This document shows, piece after piece, positions 44,027 through 55,339 of a DNA stretch of 64,000 bases. Source of the DNA: Andalucia godoyi And28 (lineage: Eukaryota; Protista; Jakobida); NCBI GenBank assembly GCA_009859145.1, contig VRVR01000004.1, positions 44,407-108,406 on the forward strand, in the 5' to 3' direction. Position numbers and translations under genes: made by a program. Below the pieces are notes generated by a model, which saw only the letters and a program-made list of their open reading frames with translations, did no database searches and was not told where the DNA came from. The stretch's first letter is position 1, and each line of letters opens with the position of its first letter.

Positions 44027-45009
44027 GAGAAGAAGAAAAAGAAGAAAAAGAAAAAGAAAAAGAAAAAAGAAAAAGAAAAAGGAGAAAACCTAACAACAAA
44101 CACGAAACGGATGAATCGACAGGCTACAAACGAGACTTGACGAAGAAGAGCAACCGAGAGTTAAGATAAGATACAGCAAATCACGACAATCAAATTTTCC
44201 AGCTGTTAAAGAAGAGGGAATGACAGGCGCGATTACGCAGAGGATGAAAGGACGAAGGAAGAAAGAAGGGAAAGACAAGAGGAGAAGAAAAGCAAAGAAT
44301 CAAGGAAGCAAAGAGAGGAGAGAAAGACGACGACGACGAATAGGAAAACAAAACAAAACAAAACCAAAAAAAAACAATTAAATAATCACAATTGGTGGAA
44401 GGTCGTGATGTGGGTGCCTCGATTTGCAAAGCGAATTTCGTCAAGTTGCCAAATAGGAAGAGGGGCACTCGAGTGACAAGGGGAATCTTCAATAGGCTTG
44501 TGGAAAGAGAGAAAAAAAAAAGGTCCGAGGCGGTGACGGCGGAGTGAGCCCTGCGCGAGATTCCCTGATTCGAAGCAGGTTGATGGCGATGACATTTGAC
44601 AAAGATTGGAGAGGAGACGTGTTCCGATCAGTGTCCTACGACGGGTTCAGCATAAAGATCAGCTTATTGGAGATGTTGATCCGCCTGGGCTTTATTTTGC
44701 ATGTGTGACGTATTGCTTCATGTCTTTGCAGATGGATTCCCGATGTATATGACTGTCTCGCCTGCGACGCTGGGCCGCGGCGAAGCGGATCAAAGACGTC
44801 CGAACCAGATCGCACTGCATGCGCAACATTGCGGACATCGAAAAAAAAAACGGCTATTGGGCAACCCCGCCCCACCTCAATCCGCACGAGCATTTTGCAA
44901 ATCCGCTGCTCTGCACTCACTCGATCACTGAGAAAAACTTAACGATACAGGAATCGCCAGTGCTGAGGTGCGAATATAAAAACCATCAAATCTTTCTTGT
45001 GAAAAACAT

Positions 45010-46272
45010 TTAGGTCCGAACAAACTTGGCAACAAAGAAGCCGTGGCATCCATCTTGGTTTGGGTCGCAGCGGGCAACCAATTTGGACTGTTCTGGGGAA
45101 AGCGACTCGATTTCGATTCCGCGGCGATGCCAGCTCGGAAGAGCAGCGGCAAGCGACCACTCTGGGTTGTCGCAAAGGACCCGGGATACCACATCTTCGT
45201 TTTCTTGTCTATGAATCGAGCATGTGGAATACACAACGCGGTCCATCCGCGGAAACCTCATCGCTTGGCACACGACAGAGTACTGAAAGTCGGCAAGTTG
45301 TTGCAGCCTTTCCATGTTCTTCTTCGCCGAATTTGCATCTTCCCCCACGGCCTTCTCGATTCCAACACGCTGCACCATCCCACTTCCCGAACAACTCGGA
45401 TCGCACAGCGCAGCCGTGGCGTTCTTCAGTACTGGATCCGATGCGAGATCATCTGCAGTCAATGCCAAGAAATCTGCCTGCCGAACTTGGACCACCATTT
45501 CTGCGCGACACCGAGCAACGTTCTGTTTGAGCGTTGCCGCTCTTCTTGGGTCCCTGTCAAACGCAACCACTGTTCCCAGATGCTTCATGAAAGATGCAAG
45601 CTGCGTGGTTTTGTTGCCTGGCGCAGCACATGCATCCAGAATCGTCTCCCCTGGCTGTGGATCCAATGCCACAACAGGCAAGCAGCTTGCCTTGTCCTGC
45701 AGCGTGATATCACCAGATTTAAGAAACCTGTGCTGCACAAGCTTCGACGCAAATGATCCTGGCACAGAAAGCAGACCTGGAACCAAATCATCAAATCCAA
45801 CTGGGAATATCTCATCGACGGTGCTCAATTCACGAGCAATTTCATCCACGCGGTCCAGATCTCGCACGCGAAACCACCGCTGCTGTTCAAAGGATTTCGT
45901 CTGTTTTGCCTGCAGCGTTTCCGAGACCTTTTCCACGCGTTCTGGCCCATTCACGCCCTCGAATGCATCTTTGAAATGCTGAGACCGCTTCAGGAACGCT
46001 GCGCATTGACCGTTTCGTCGCCGGAGCCCATCTTTCGAAATCAACAATTCATGCAACAGCACATACTGAAGACCAACATCCATGGAAAACTCAGACTTTG
46101 CAGCCGCAAACACTTCTTTCAGCACCGACAGATGCGCCAGGATCGAAGAAACAAGCTTCAGCGTCGCCGGTTTGTGCTTGATCTCATCAGCATAGCACAT
46201 GGATCTGGCATTTCTGTGTGGATTCCTCAGCAGTCCCGCAACAATCTTTGCAGACTGGTAGTACAACTCCAT
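45010..46272 (-). CDS. NSUN5: rRNA m5C methyltransferase NSUN5/Rcm1
   Basis: LQDKASCLPV, ILDACAAPGNKTTQLA, LCDPSCSGSG, VYSTCSIHRQENEDVV and GFFVAKF. Confidence 0.9.
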   Translation of the reverse strand: MELYYQSAKIVAGLLRNPHRNARSMCYADEIKHKPATLKLVSSILAHLSVLKEVFAAAKSEFSMDVGLQYVLLHELLISKDGLRRRNGQCAAFLKRSQHFKDAFEGVNGPERVEKVSETLQAKQTKSFEQQRWFRVRDLDRVDEIARELSTVDEIFPVGFDDLVPGLLSVPGSFASKLVQHRFLKSGDITLQDKASCLPVVALDPQPGETILDACAAPGNKTTQLASFMKHLGTVVAFDRDPRRAATLKQNVARCRAEMVVQVRQADFLALTADDLASDPVLKNATAALCDPSCSGSGMVQRVGIEKAVGEDANSAKKNMERLQQLADFQYSVVCQAMRFPRMDRVVYSTCSIHRQENEDVVSRVLCDNPEWSLAAALPSWHRRGIEIESLSPEQSKLVARCDPNQDGCHGFFVAKFVRT

Positions 46273-46336
46273 GTTTCTCTCCACCGCCCAAATACCTGGA
46301 TCAATAACACTCTCTTCTCCTCTCTCTTCCTCTCAT

Positions 46337-46368
46337 AAGCACCAAGCACCAAGCACCAAGCACCAAGC
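46337..46368. repeat. Heptamer tandem repeat (AAGCACC)x4
   Basis: Read directly; in the NSUN5/UTP18 divergent spacer. Confidence 0.9.
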
Positions 46369-46590
46369 GCACCACTGGAAAAATTCCCGGTGGGATGCGT
46401 ATTGTCAAACAATTAAAAATAAGAAAGAAAGGATCACCGCGAAAGAGTCTAGCATCAAATGCAGCATCAATCATTCGCGGATAATCTCTCGTTCCCCTTC
46501 AACTGGTGTTGCTCTTCTGCTGCTTGTTTTCCTTCTTTCATGCTGCACAATCAAAGCAGAAGCGTAGAAATCAAGCAACAAGAAGAAGGT

Positions 46591-47994
46591 ATGGACCGAA
46601 AGCGACAAGTATCCGAGACAGTTCTTGAAAAGGCGCTGTTCTATTCGTCGGCGGCGAATCCGTTTGGTGCAGAGGAGTCGGATGCTGAGCAAGAGGGATC
46701 AGCGGTGCCGGAAAGCCGCGACGAGTCTGCGGCTGCATCGAGGGTATCAAAGCCTGCGTGGAACGACGAGGACGATGCAGATTTGGAAGTCGACCTTGTT
46801 TCGTCGAACAGAACGGGAAAGCTGAGGAAATCACGGCAAGAACAGAATATTTCGGGCTCAGATTTCGAGGCTCGGCTGAAGAATTTGCACGCGACACTTC
46901 ATTCGTCGAAACAGTCGTCGACAAAATGGGCGTCTCTGGATGCTGCAGAGTCTGGAAATCATCCGTCAGAACTAAAAAGAGTGGTCATGCATGCGGGAAA
47001 CTTGACACGAAGGGACCCCTCGGTTCTGCCGCAAAAGGTGATCTCGATTCAAAGGGGGAAGGAATGCTCCAGGATAGAGTCGACTGTCCGAGCACTCGAG
47101 TTCCATCCAACAATCGCAAATATGCTTGCGTATGGCGGGATGGATGCAAAGCTAAAAATAGTGTCGGTGGATGGAGCCAAGAATCACCTGCTTTCCGAGA
47201 TTCCGCTTCCCAAGCTGCCCATCACTTGTGCCCGGTTCACGTCGGATACGCAAATTGTGATGGGGGGATACCGACCATTTTTCTACACATATGACTTGAA
47301 CAAGCAGGTGCTGAACCGTGTGCTCGGTATCGTCGGAAAGAGCGAAAAGTCGTTTGACAAGTTTGTCGTTTCGCAGCATGATGACCGCATGGCGTTCGTC
47401 TCAAGCACAGGATCCATCATGATGGTCAGCAAAAAGACGCATTTCCAAACGGGGGAGTTGCGCGCATCGGGCAAGACCATGGATATGGCGTTTTCCTCAG
47501 ATGGCACGCAGATGGTATCGGCGCAGTCGGACGGCCAAGTCTACATTTGGGACATGCGATCCAGTCGGTGTCTCGCACGGTTTCACGATGACGGCTGCAT
47601 GAAGGCCACCTCGATTGCGCTTTCAGAAGACTCTAAACATTTGGCCGTTGGATCCAACTCGGGAGTCGTGAATCTGTACGCTCGTTCATCCGAGGATGCT
47701 TCCTCATGGGCGCTGCAAAAGTCCATTCTGAATCTCACGACGACCGTCGACGGCCTCGTCTTTCACCCGTCTTCCGAGCTCTTGATGACATACTCAAAGT
47801 CAAAGAAGGATGCCGCAAGACTCGTGCACGTATCCTCTGGATCAGTCTTTGCAAACTTTCCAGACCCACACAAGCATCCCCTCAAGCACGTTTACTCGGC
47901 AGCATTCAGCAGACAGATGGGTGGCTGGATGATGGTCGGTAACGATGCAGGCGTCGTCCAATCGTACAGATTGCAACATTACGCAAGATCATAA
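46591..47994 (+). CDS. UTP18: U3 snoRNA-associated protein 18 (WD40)
   Basis: KPAWNDEDD...V; EARLKNLH; LAVGSNSGVVNLY; KSILNLTT; SKSKKDAARLVHVSSGSVFANFP; VGNDAG. Confidence 0.9.
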   Translation: MDRKRQVSETVLEKALFYSSAANPFGAEESDAEQEGSAVPESRDESAAASRVSKPAWNDEDDADLEVDLVSSNRTGKLRKSRQEQNISGSDFEARLKNLHATLHSSKQSSTKWASLDAAESGNHPSELKRVVMHAGNLTRRDPSVLPQKVISIQRGKECSRIESTVRALEFHPTIANMLAYGGMDAKLKIVSVDGAKNHLLSEIPLPKLPITCARFTSDTQIVMGGYRPFFYTYDLNKQVLNRVLGIVGKSEKSFDKFVVSQHDDRMAFVSSTGSIMMVSKKTHFQTGELRASGKTMDMAFSSDGTQMVSAQSDGQVYIWDMRSSRCLARFHDDGCMKATSIALSEDSKHLAVGSNSGVVNLYARSSEDASSWALQKSILNLTTTVDGLVFHPSSELLMTYSKSKKDAARLVHVSSGSVFANFPDPHKHPLKHVYSAAFSRQMGGWMMVGNDAGVVQSYRLQHYARS

Positions 47995-48072
47995 TTAAAT
48001 TAAAAAAACACGCTTTGATACACACCATCCTACACATCGCAGTGTCAGACACAACACAATGAAGCATAGTGC

Positions 48073-48648
48073 CGTCGCTGGTTAACACGACATTGTCATG
48101 CATACGGAAGGAAGCATCCATAAACAGACACACGGTCAATACTGGCCGACACCAGCACGTTTGTTTCACAGGCATTCGTGCTTACGCGTAGCCATCTATT
48201 CTATCATTCGTAAGTTTGGTTTTTTGGTTTCACTTTTTTAATTCAAATATGGGCATGTGTGCGCTGGGATGACGCATTCGCCTACGCCTACGCCTACGCC
48301 GCTCGATACAGGGCCTCCTAGGTCCCGCAGACCTACTAAGAGACCGCGTGTCACTACGCCTGCCGCCTCTTCCTCTCGTATCTCCAGGTGCATCAATCGC
48401 TGCAACTGAGGACACGAAAGCGCCTGCTGCTAGGGCCGTCAGACTCAAAATGCACCCTTCTCAGGAACAACGCGTCACGCCGAGAACGTGGCTCACCGAT
48501 TGATCGAGATTGGGAACGGAGCGCGGAACATCTATCTGAAGAGCGCCGTGAGGCGTGTTGGGGGCCGATCCCCTTCCAGGCAACGGGATGCAAGATTGAA
48601 TATGCATACCTACGAATAGATATGCATGTTCAGTGTATAATGTAGGCG
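48073..48648 (+). mobile_element. Non-autonomous IS607/Fanzor2-derived element, copy 7 (type A)
   Basis: Left junction CCG|TCGCTGGTTAACACGACATTGTCATGCATAC; same HTH-to-DRDW fusion point as copy 3; ends GTGTATAATGTAGGCG. Confidence 0.85.
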
Positions 48649-48903
48649 TTGCCAAGGACAAATCCTGCAAGCTTTTTTCTCTGACTGCTGTAAACGAAAA
48701 CCAGCGCTACGTCATCAAAAATACGTGTGTAATATTTTTTAAAAATGAAAAATGAAAAGAGGGTAAGCTGCTTCTCTTTTCAAGTTTTTCATTAATTTGT
48801 TCGTCTTTACACTACAGTAATGTTTCATTTCTTTGGAAGTTTTGTTTTTCGTTTTAATATCTAATTAACTTAATTCAAAGACCTTTGTTGAAATTTCTCG
48901 GGA

Positions 48904-50107
48904 ATGAGCTCAGGAGATTCTCGAGCGGTGTTTGCGGATGCAAATGCAAAGTTCGTCGATGAGGACTTTTCCGGCGCATTGTCACAGTATAATTGTGCAA
49001 TTTCCCTGGATTCCAAGCAGCCGGAATTCTATGTGAAACGCGCCGCCTGTAAACTGAAGTTGAGTGATGCTTCCGGTGCACTGGAGGACGCAAATGCGGC
49101 ACTCAAGCTGGACTCTTCCAATGCAGGAGCATTTTTGCGAAAAGGGTATGTCTTCCGTACATAACCATCTCCTTTCTTTCTCCATCATCTTACGCTTTCG
49201 AATCTGTGATTCTTATAATGAGTTGTTTTTTCCCTTGTGCATGCACTTTTTTTTTTGTTGTTTTGAATTCTGCAGGATTGCTCTTTTTGCTCTCGAAAGG
49301 CTCTTTGAAAGCCGGTCTGCCTTTGAGAACTGCCTTCAGAAAGACGCCTCCAATGCACAGGCGTCCTCTTGGATTGCAAAGTGCAACACAGAAATCCAGA
49401 ATCGCGGACTTACGGCACCGTCGAGCGCGCCTGTTGTTGTTTCGGACGAGAAGCCAAAGCCACCTCGTTGGGAGTGGTTCCAGTCCATGGACTCTGTAAC
49501 AATCGATGTGTTTTTGAAGGGGATCACGAAAGACCAGGTTCGCGTCGATGCAACTCCTTCTTCCGTGGACATCACGATCCAGCTCTCTGCTTCGTCAGAA
49601 TTCACAATTTCCAAAGACCTTTTCGCCGAAATCGACCCAAGTAACATCAGGGTAAAGGTGATGGGCGTGAAGGTCGAGATTACGCTACCGAAGAAAGTTC
49701 AGGACGATTGGGATGGCTTGGAAGCAACGTCTGAGCTTGCAAATGTCAAGAAGCCGTCGGAAGTCGTTCCTGCTGCTCCTGCTGCTTCATCGTCTAGCAC
49801 GGCAGAACCAACAACGGGCGCAAGACCTGCGTATCCGACGTCATCAAAGAAGAAAGTCGACTGGGATTCCGTGGAAAAGGAAGTCGAAAACGAGTCCAAG
49901 GACGAAAAACTCGAGGGAGATGCAGCGTTGATGAAACTCTTCCGGGATATTTATTCCAAAGGTGATCCAGAGACAAAGAAAGCAATGATGAAGTCCTACC
50001 AGGAATCCGGCGGCACTGTCTTGTCCACCAACTGGAAGGACGTTGGTTCTCGCCAGGTTGTTCCTGAGCCACCAAAGGGAATGCAGCCACACAAGTGGAA
50101 CGAATAG
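48904..50107 (+). CDS. SUGT1: SGT1 co-chaperone (TPR-CS-SGS); 2 exons
   Basis: Exon 1 is 48904-49145 and exon 2 is 49276-50107; PRWEWFQS (CS domain); EGDAALMKLFRDIYSKGDPETKKAMMKSYQESGGTVLSTNW (SGS domain). Confidence 0.95.
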
Positions 50108-50326
50108 AACCGGAAAGATGGCAAGAAGCCGAGAAGAAGCTGTACCAATGGGGAAACGGAGAAAAGAACCACCCCGCCACAAAAATGAATAAAATAAACA
50201 TAAACATAAACACAGTGAAAGGAGAAAAGGAAATCGCTTAAATAATAATAATCAATATAATTAATTAGAAAAGGATTCATTAACCTTGGATACGGTGAAA
50301 ATATGACTTACTATTTTATTTGCTTG

Positions 50327-53050
50327 TTATGCAATTCCGGAGATGGAGCCTTCAGTGTACGCAATCGAAGCCGCATCATCTTCGTCTCTTACAGATCCTT
50401 CCACGTAGTCATCTTCCTCAGCCATAATGTCCTCCAAATTGAAATCCTCAAATCCAAGGACATCGACAGCAAGATCTCTGACGTTCAGCTGATTCGGGAG
50501 CGTCTCGACAGCAGCTCTCTCACCAAGCAGTGCCTTCAGAGACTGATTCAGCTCGTCAATCGACATGCCCTCGCCACGGTTCTTAAGAACGTCGATTAGC
50601 ATGGGACGTGCAAGCGGTTGATCTGGTCGCAAAGCGCCAGCAGCGACACGGAAAGCCTTCGAAATCTGCTGAGCACTGATTCCCTGCAGAGGTCGATGAT
50701 TCAAAAAAAGAACAAATGCGGTGTCAAAGTCCGCCCACCCAGGCCGCCGTTGGTCCGGATCGCGCTCAAGTTCGCTCAACATATCCTCGATGTCTCTTTC
50801 AGACGGAAAGAAGCCAACTGCACGGAAAACGTTCGGAACCTGGTCATAGGGAATGTATCCCACGATCTTACGAGGAGAGGTCGTGGCTTCGCCCTGCACA
50901 CGAATTTGAGCATAGTAAAAGTAGTCCGTGAAGTCCTTGAATAGGGTTGATTCTCGGCCGCCCTCCACCAGAGAAAGATACGGCTCAATTTTCGATTCCG
51001 AAGTTCCGCGGTTCTCTTCTTCTTGTTCTTCCAGCGATTGAACTTGCACTTGGAATTGGAAAACTGATCCATCTTGAGCGCCAGCAGAAAACAGATACTG
51101 TCCGTCTGCCGACCCTGAAAAATCTGCAATGCCAGACGGGTGAGCAATCACACCCATCGTCTTGAAAGGATTACCGTCAAGAGGCAACATGCACAATCCT
51201 ATCACAGACGCGTCGCAGGCATACGCGAGATAGCGTTCTTCACGCTTTCCATGCACGCCAACCGTGGCCAGCCTGCCAATCGCAGCACCCGCAATCGTCG
51301 GAGCTCTTGCGGTTTTTTCCATCGCCATGTCTGATCCATTGTACACACGGAATTTGCCCTGGTCCGTTGCAAAAATGATCTTGTCACGAACGCTGTCATA
51401 CAGCATAGAAGTGGGAATCAGAGACTGCTCCAACATTTGCGCGGTGTGCAACTTAATGCCATCCCTCATCGTTGAGCCATCAACGTCATACTCAACAAGT
51501 CGTCTGTCACGACCCACAGAAATTAAGTGGTGATCGCGAGCGAACACAAGACCCGAAATCGCAGCTTTGTGAGTTTTGTATCTCCCAATGTATGTCCATT
51601 CAATGGGCTTTGTTGGAATCTCATCTCGATTGCCCCACCGGTAGATTCCGACACAGTGCTCGGCATCAGCTGTCGCAAACACCAATCCATCCGTCGCAAA
51701 CACAATCTTGTCAATCCTCGATTTTGAAAAATGGAAGGACGCCTTGTCCTCCAACGTATTTGCATCAAGAACCTTCACTGCACCTGAGGCGAATCCGAGA
51801 GCAAGATACTTTCCATCTGCTTGATCATATGCAATGGACGTGATGTGCGTGTTTGTAAAGATTGAAACGAGCAAGAGTTTGCGGAGACCGTAATTCCACA
51901 GTTGAAGAGCACCCGAAGCGGACCCAATGGCCAGAACAGGAAGTTCGGGGTGTGTTGCCAAGCAGGTGACGGAAGCTTCATGTCCCTGCAGAATCAAAGT
52001 TCCGCGTCGCTTCTCCGGATCAACTTCCTCAAATAACGCAGCCTCGACATCTATGACCAGCGCCTGGGACGTACACACAATGAAATCCGGCGCATGGAAT
52101 TCCATGTGGAAAACATCGTCAGGATTCAGATCCGGCTCCGTGTCCTGGAAAGCGTTGAACGACAGCGACTGGATTGCGCCTGCATTCAGATCCTCGAACC
52201 ACGCCATAATGTGAAAGTCAAAGTCGTAGAACCGAACATAGCCATCCGACGCACCGGTCACAATATATCGCCCAATAACCTCGACGCAATCTACGCACGC
52301 ATTATGCACACGAACCACCTTGATGGCCTTCCGTTCCATCCGGTCCCACAGCACCAGATCTCCATCGGATGTCGCAGTGACTGCTCTATCCGTTCCAGGC
52401 ACATACGCAGACTTTGTGAATCGGCCGACAGTCTGCTTAAACTCTCGAGTGGCTGCAGGCGGCGAATAAAAGGACAGCTCATTCGACCGATCGTCAACCG
52501 ACCAGAAGATTACTCGTTTGCTTCCATTTGTGATCAGCAGCGAGGAGTCAGAAGGATGGAACCGGAGCCATGACTGCTTATCTCGGGTAGGAATTCTGCA
52601 TGAATGCGCAAGCGGGAAATCCACGTCCGCAGTCCATTCCCAAAGCGACAGTTCCTGTGGAGCATGGGCCGTTGTTGCTGCAGAGAGGGTTGCGATGACC
52701 ATCGCATCATGTGAAATATCAACGGCAACGACGCCGCGGTCCTTTCCATGTGGATTCTCAATCATTCGAACTGCTGCGCCCGTCTTGGAATCCCACACAA
52801 TAACCATTGAATCTGCTCCAGAGTCCACAGACACAAGATAGCGACGATCCAGCGAAGATGCAATACACGAAATGGCATTCTTGTGGCCTCGCAAAAGAAG
52901 CTGATGTCCAGACACATAGTCGAAAATCACGCCAGTGTGTCCTGATGCATAGAAGATGCAGCGGCGATTCCCATCACAGAGATTGATAACGGGAACTGGT
53001 AGGTTCCGATTGAACCCATACGCATAAGACAGCTTCAAAGCATCTGACAT
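50327..53050 (-). CDS. CFAP251: Cilia- and flagella-associated protein 251 (WDR66) with C-terminal EF-hand-like region
   Basis: LKLSYAYGFN...YASGHTGVIFDY...QLLLRGHKN; LPLDGNPFKTMGVIAHP; DYFYYAQIRVQG; FRAVGFFPSE..IEDM; LFLNHRP. Confidence 0.88.
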   Translation of the reverse strand: MSDALKLSYAYGFNRNLPVPVINLCDGNRRCIFYASGHTGVIFDYVSGHQLLLRGHKNAISCIASSLDRRYLVSVDSGADSMVIVWDSKTGAAVRMIENPHGKDRGVVAVDISHDAMVIATLSAATTAHAPQELSLWEWTADVDFPLAHSCRIPTRDKQSWLRFHPSDSSLLITNGSKRVIFWSVDDRSNELSFYSPPAATREFKQTVGRFTKSAYVPGTDRAVTATSDGDLVLWDRMERKAIKVVRVHNACVDCVEVIGRYIVTGASDGYVRFYDFDFHIMAWFEDLNAGAIQSLSFNAFQDTEPDLNPDDVFHMEFHAPDFIVCTSQALVIDVEAALFEEVDPEKRRGTLILQGHEASVTCLATHPELPVLAIGSASGALQLWNYGLRKLLLVSIFTNTHITSIAYDQADGKYLALGFASGAVKVLDANTLEDKASFHFSKSRIDKIVFATDGLVFATADAEHCVGIYRWGNRDEIPTKPIEWTYIGRYKTHKAAISGLVFARDHHLISVGRDRRLVEYDVDGSTMRDGIKLHTAQMLEQSLIPTSMLYDSVRDKIIFATDQGKFRVYNGSDMAMEKTARAPTIAGAAIGRLATVGVHGKREERYLAYACDASVIGLCMLPLDGNPFKTMGVIAHPSGIADFSGSADGQYLFSAGAQDGSVFQFQVQVQSLEEQEEENRGTSESKIEPYLSLVEGGRESTLFKDFTDYFYYAQIRVQGEATTSPRKIVGYIPYDQVPNVFRAVGFFPSERDIEDMLSELERDPDQRRPGWADFDTAFVLFLNHRPLQGISAQQISKAFRVAAGALRPDQPLARPMLIDVLKNRGEGMSIDELNQSLKALLGERAAVETLPNQLNVRDLAVDVLGFEDFNLEDIMAEEDDYVEGSVRDEDDAASIAYTEGSISGIA

Positions 53051-53061
53051 TTCTCAACAGC

Positions 53062-53062
<1 letters not shown>

Positions 53063-53132
<70 letters not shown>
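53063..53132. repeat. (CT)n microsatellite 13 bp upstream of the CFAP251 ATG
   Basis: Read directly. Confidence 0.95.
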
Positions 53133-53138
<6 letters not shown>

Positions 53139-53785
53139 CTTCTCTTTCTTCTCTTTCTGTCTGTCTGTCTTTTCTGCTTTCTTATTTGCTGTTGTCAATC
53201 AGCGACAATTTGGACGGGCGGCAAAATTGTCGGAAATGTCAAAACAGCGGTCTCTGTACACGAATATTGGAGAAATCTCAGTATGTTTTTTCTTCTTTCT
53301 TTTAAAGAGGAGTAAGGGGGAATTCTTTTCTTTAATACACAAAGAAGAAGAAATGCGTAAAACCTTCTTTTTTCTTTTGATGGTCGTGCTTTTTGAGGAA
53401 ACGGACGTTCACCCACTCATCGATGAAAACGCTGAGAAAACGGCCGTTCAGATAAAAAGACGTGGAAAAAAACTAGCATCAAGCCGGTTGGCAAAGCTGC
53501 CAGCATCAAGGGGTCTGGTGCACAAAACAAAAAGCATCAAAAGAAAGCACAATAAGTCGCTCTTCCGAGCCCTTTCTACAGCATTTTCCGTCTAAAGGGA
53601 CGCTCCCTCTGGGTTTTTCGTCCTATTTTTTTCGCGTATCAGGATTTTTTTTGAAAAAAGAATTAGAAGAATGTTTTATTAATTTTTTAATATTTACGTT
53701 TACATTCTCCTTTATACCTTTGTTCTTCTTTATATTTTTTGTCCCCCTTCTTTATTTCAATTAAGAAGATATTGTTTATTTCACA

Positions 53786-55339
53786 ATGTTCATTCTTCAT
53801 GAAACTGCATCGGGATATGCACTGTTTATGCATACGGACGACGCATCGACGGACACATCGGATCTGTCGCGTTTCTCAAAGACTGTGAAGCTGGTTTCGT
53901 TTGCTCCGTTCCAGTCTGCGGCGCATGCGCTTGAGAACATCAATGCTGTTTCGGATGCAGCGTGCCATGCGTATCTTTCTACTTTCCTGAACCAGAATGT
54001 GGCAAAGAAGGGTGTTGTTGCGGTTTTGGATCCCAAGCTTGGAAACGCAATCCAGGAGGCATGCCCGAATATCAAAGTTACTGCAAGCGAGACGGCGCAG
54101 GAAATCATCCGTGGTGTTCGCAGCTATCTTACGCGATTCCTGACGGGAGTAGAGGATGCAGATATTGTCAAGGCTCAACTAGGTCTTGCACACTCGTATT
54201 CCCGTTCCAAGGTGAAGTTCAATGTGCACAGATCCGATAACATGATTATCCAGGCGATTGCTCTTTTGGACCAACTTGACAAGGATGTCAACACATTTGC
54301 AATGCGTGTTCGTGAATGGTATGGATGGCACTTCCCCGAGCTTGTGAAGATTGTGAACGATAACTACATGTATGCACGTCTTGCGTTGCTGATTGGAAAC
54401 AAGTCATCCGTCAGCGACAAGGATCTGGCTGGAATCACCGAGGTTGTCCACGACGAAGCAATGGCCAAGGATGTTCTTGCAGCGGCCAAAATGTCGATGG
54501 GCACAGATCTTTCCGAAATTGACATGGCGAACATTTCGCATTTTGCTCAGCGAGTAATCAACCTGGCGGAGTACAGACTGAAGTTGTCGGATTATCTGCA
54601 CGAAAAGATGCAAGTCGTAGCCCCCAACTTGCAGGGCGTCGTTGGAGATGTTGTTGGAGCGCGGCTCATCTCTCATGCTGGATCCCTGACCAACTTAGCC
54701 AAGGCCCCTGCTTCCACAATCCAGATTCTCGGTGCAGAAAAGGCTCTTTTCCGAGCACTCAAGACAAAAGGCAAGACACCCAAATACGGAATTCTGTTCC
54801 ATACTTCCTTTATTGGAAAGGCGAAGCCGAGAGACAAGGGCAGAATCTCGAGATATGTTGCGAACAAGTGCGCAGTTGCGTCTCGTATCGACTGTTTCTC
54901 TGATGTGCCAGTTAATGTCTTTGGAGAGACTCTTCGAACACAAGTCGAGGACCGACTTCGGTTCTACGAAACTGGCGAGGCACCAAAGAAGAACGTGGAC
55001 GTGATGCATGCCGCTCAGGTCAAGGCAAACGAGATTATTGCCAAGGATGCCAAGGAGAAGAAAGCCGAAAAGCGATCCGCAGAAAAGATGGTGGTTGATC
55101 ATGGCTCCGACGACCGTGTTGCTGAACCCGAGAAGAAGAAGAGCAAGAAGGAGAAGGAGGAGAAGAAGGAAGAGAAGTCCAAAGACAAGGAAGAGAAGAA
55201 GGAGAAGTCCAAGGACAAGGAGGAGAAGAAGGAGAAGTCCAAGGACAAGGAGGAGAAGAAGGAAAAGTCCAAGGACAAGGAGGAGAAGAAGGAAAAGTCC
55301 AAGGACAAGGAGGAGAAGAAGTCAAAGAAGGAGAAATAA
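53786..55339 (+). CDS. NOP56: Nucleolar protein 56 (box C/D snoRNP)
   Basis: LHETASGYALF; GLAHSYSRSKVKFNVHRSDNMIIQAIALLDQLDKDVNTFAMRVREWYGWHFPEL; GAEKALFRALKT; KKE/D tail. Confidence 0.95.
   Translation: MFILHETASGYALFMHTDDASTDTSDLSRFSKTVKLVSFAPFQSAAHALENINAVSDAACHAYLSTFLNQNVAKKGVVAVLDPKLGNAIQEACPNIKVTASETAQEIIRGVRSYLTRFLTGVEDADIVKAQLGLAHSYSRSKVKFNVHRSDNMIIQAIALLDQLDKDVNTFAMRVREWYGWHFPELVKIVNDNYMYARLALLIGNKSSVSDKDLAGITEVVHDEAMAKDVLAAAKMSMGTDLSEIDMANISHFAQRVINLAEYRLKLSDYLHEKMQVVAPNLQGVVGDVVGARLISHAGSLTNLAKAPASTIQILGAEKALFRALKTKGKTPKYGILFHTSFIGKAKPRDKGRISRYVANKCAVASRIDCFSDVPVNVFGETLRTQVEDRLRFYETGEAPKKNVDVMHAAQVKANEIIAKDAKEKKAEKRSAEKMVVDHGSDDRVAEPEKKKSKKEKEEKKEEKSKDKEEKKEKSKDKEEKKEKSKDKEEKKEKSKDKEEKKEKSKDKEEKKSKKEK
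55172..55321 (+). repeat. Five 30-nt tandem units encoding EKSKDKEEKK in the NOP56 tail
   Basis: Read directly. Confidence 0.9.
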
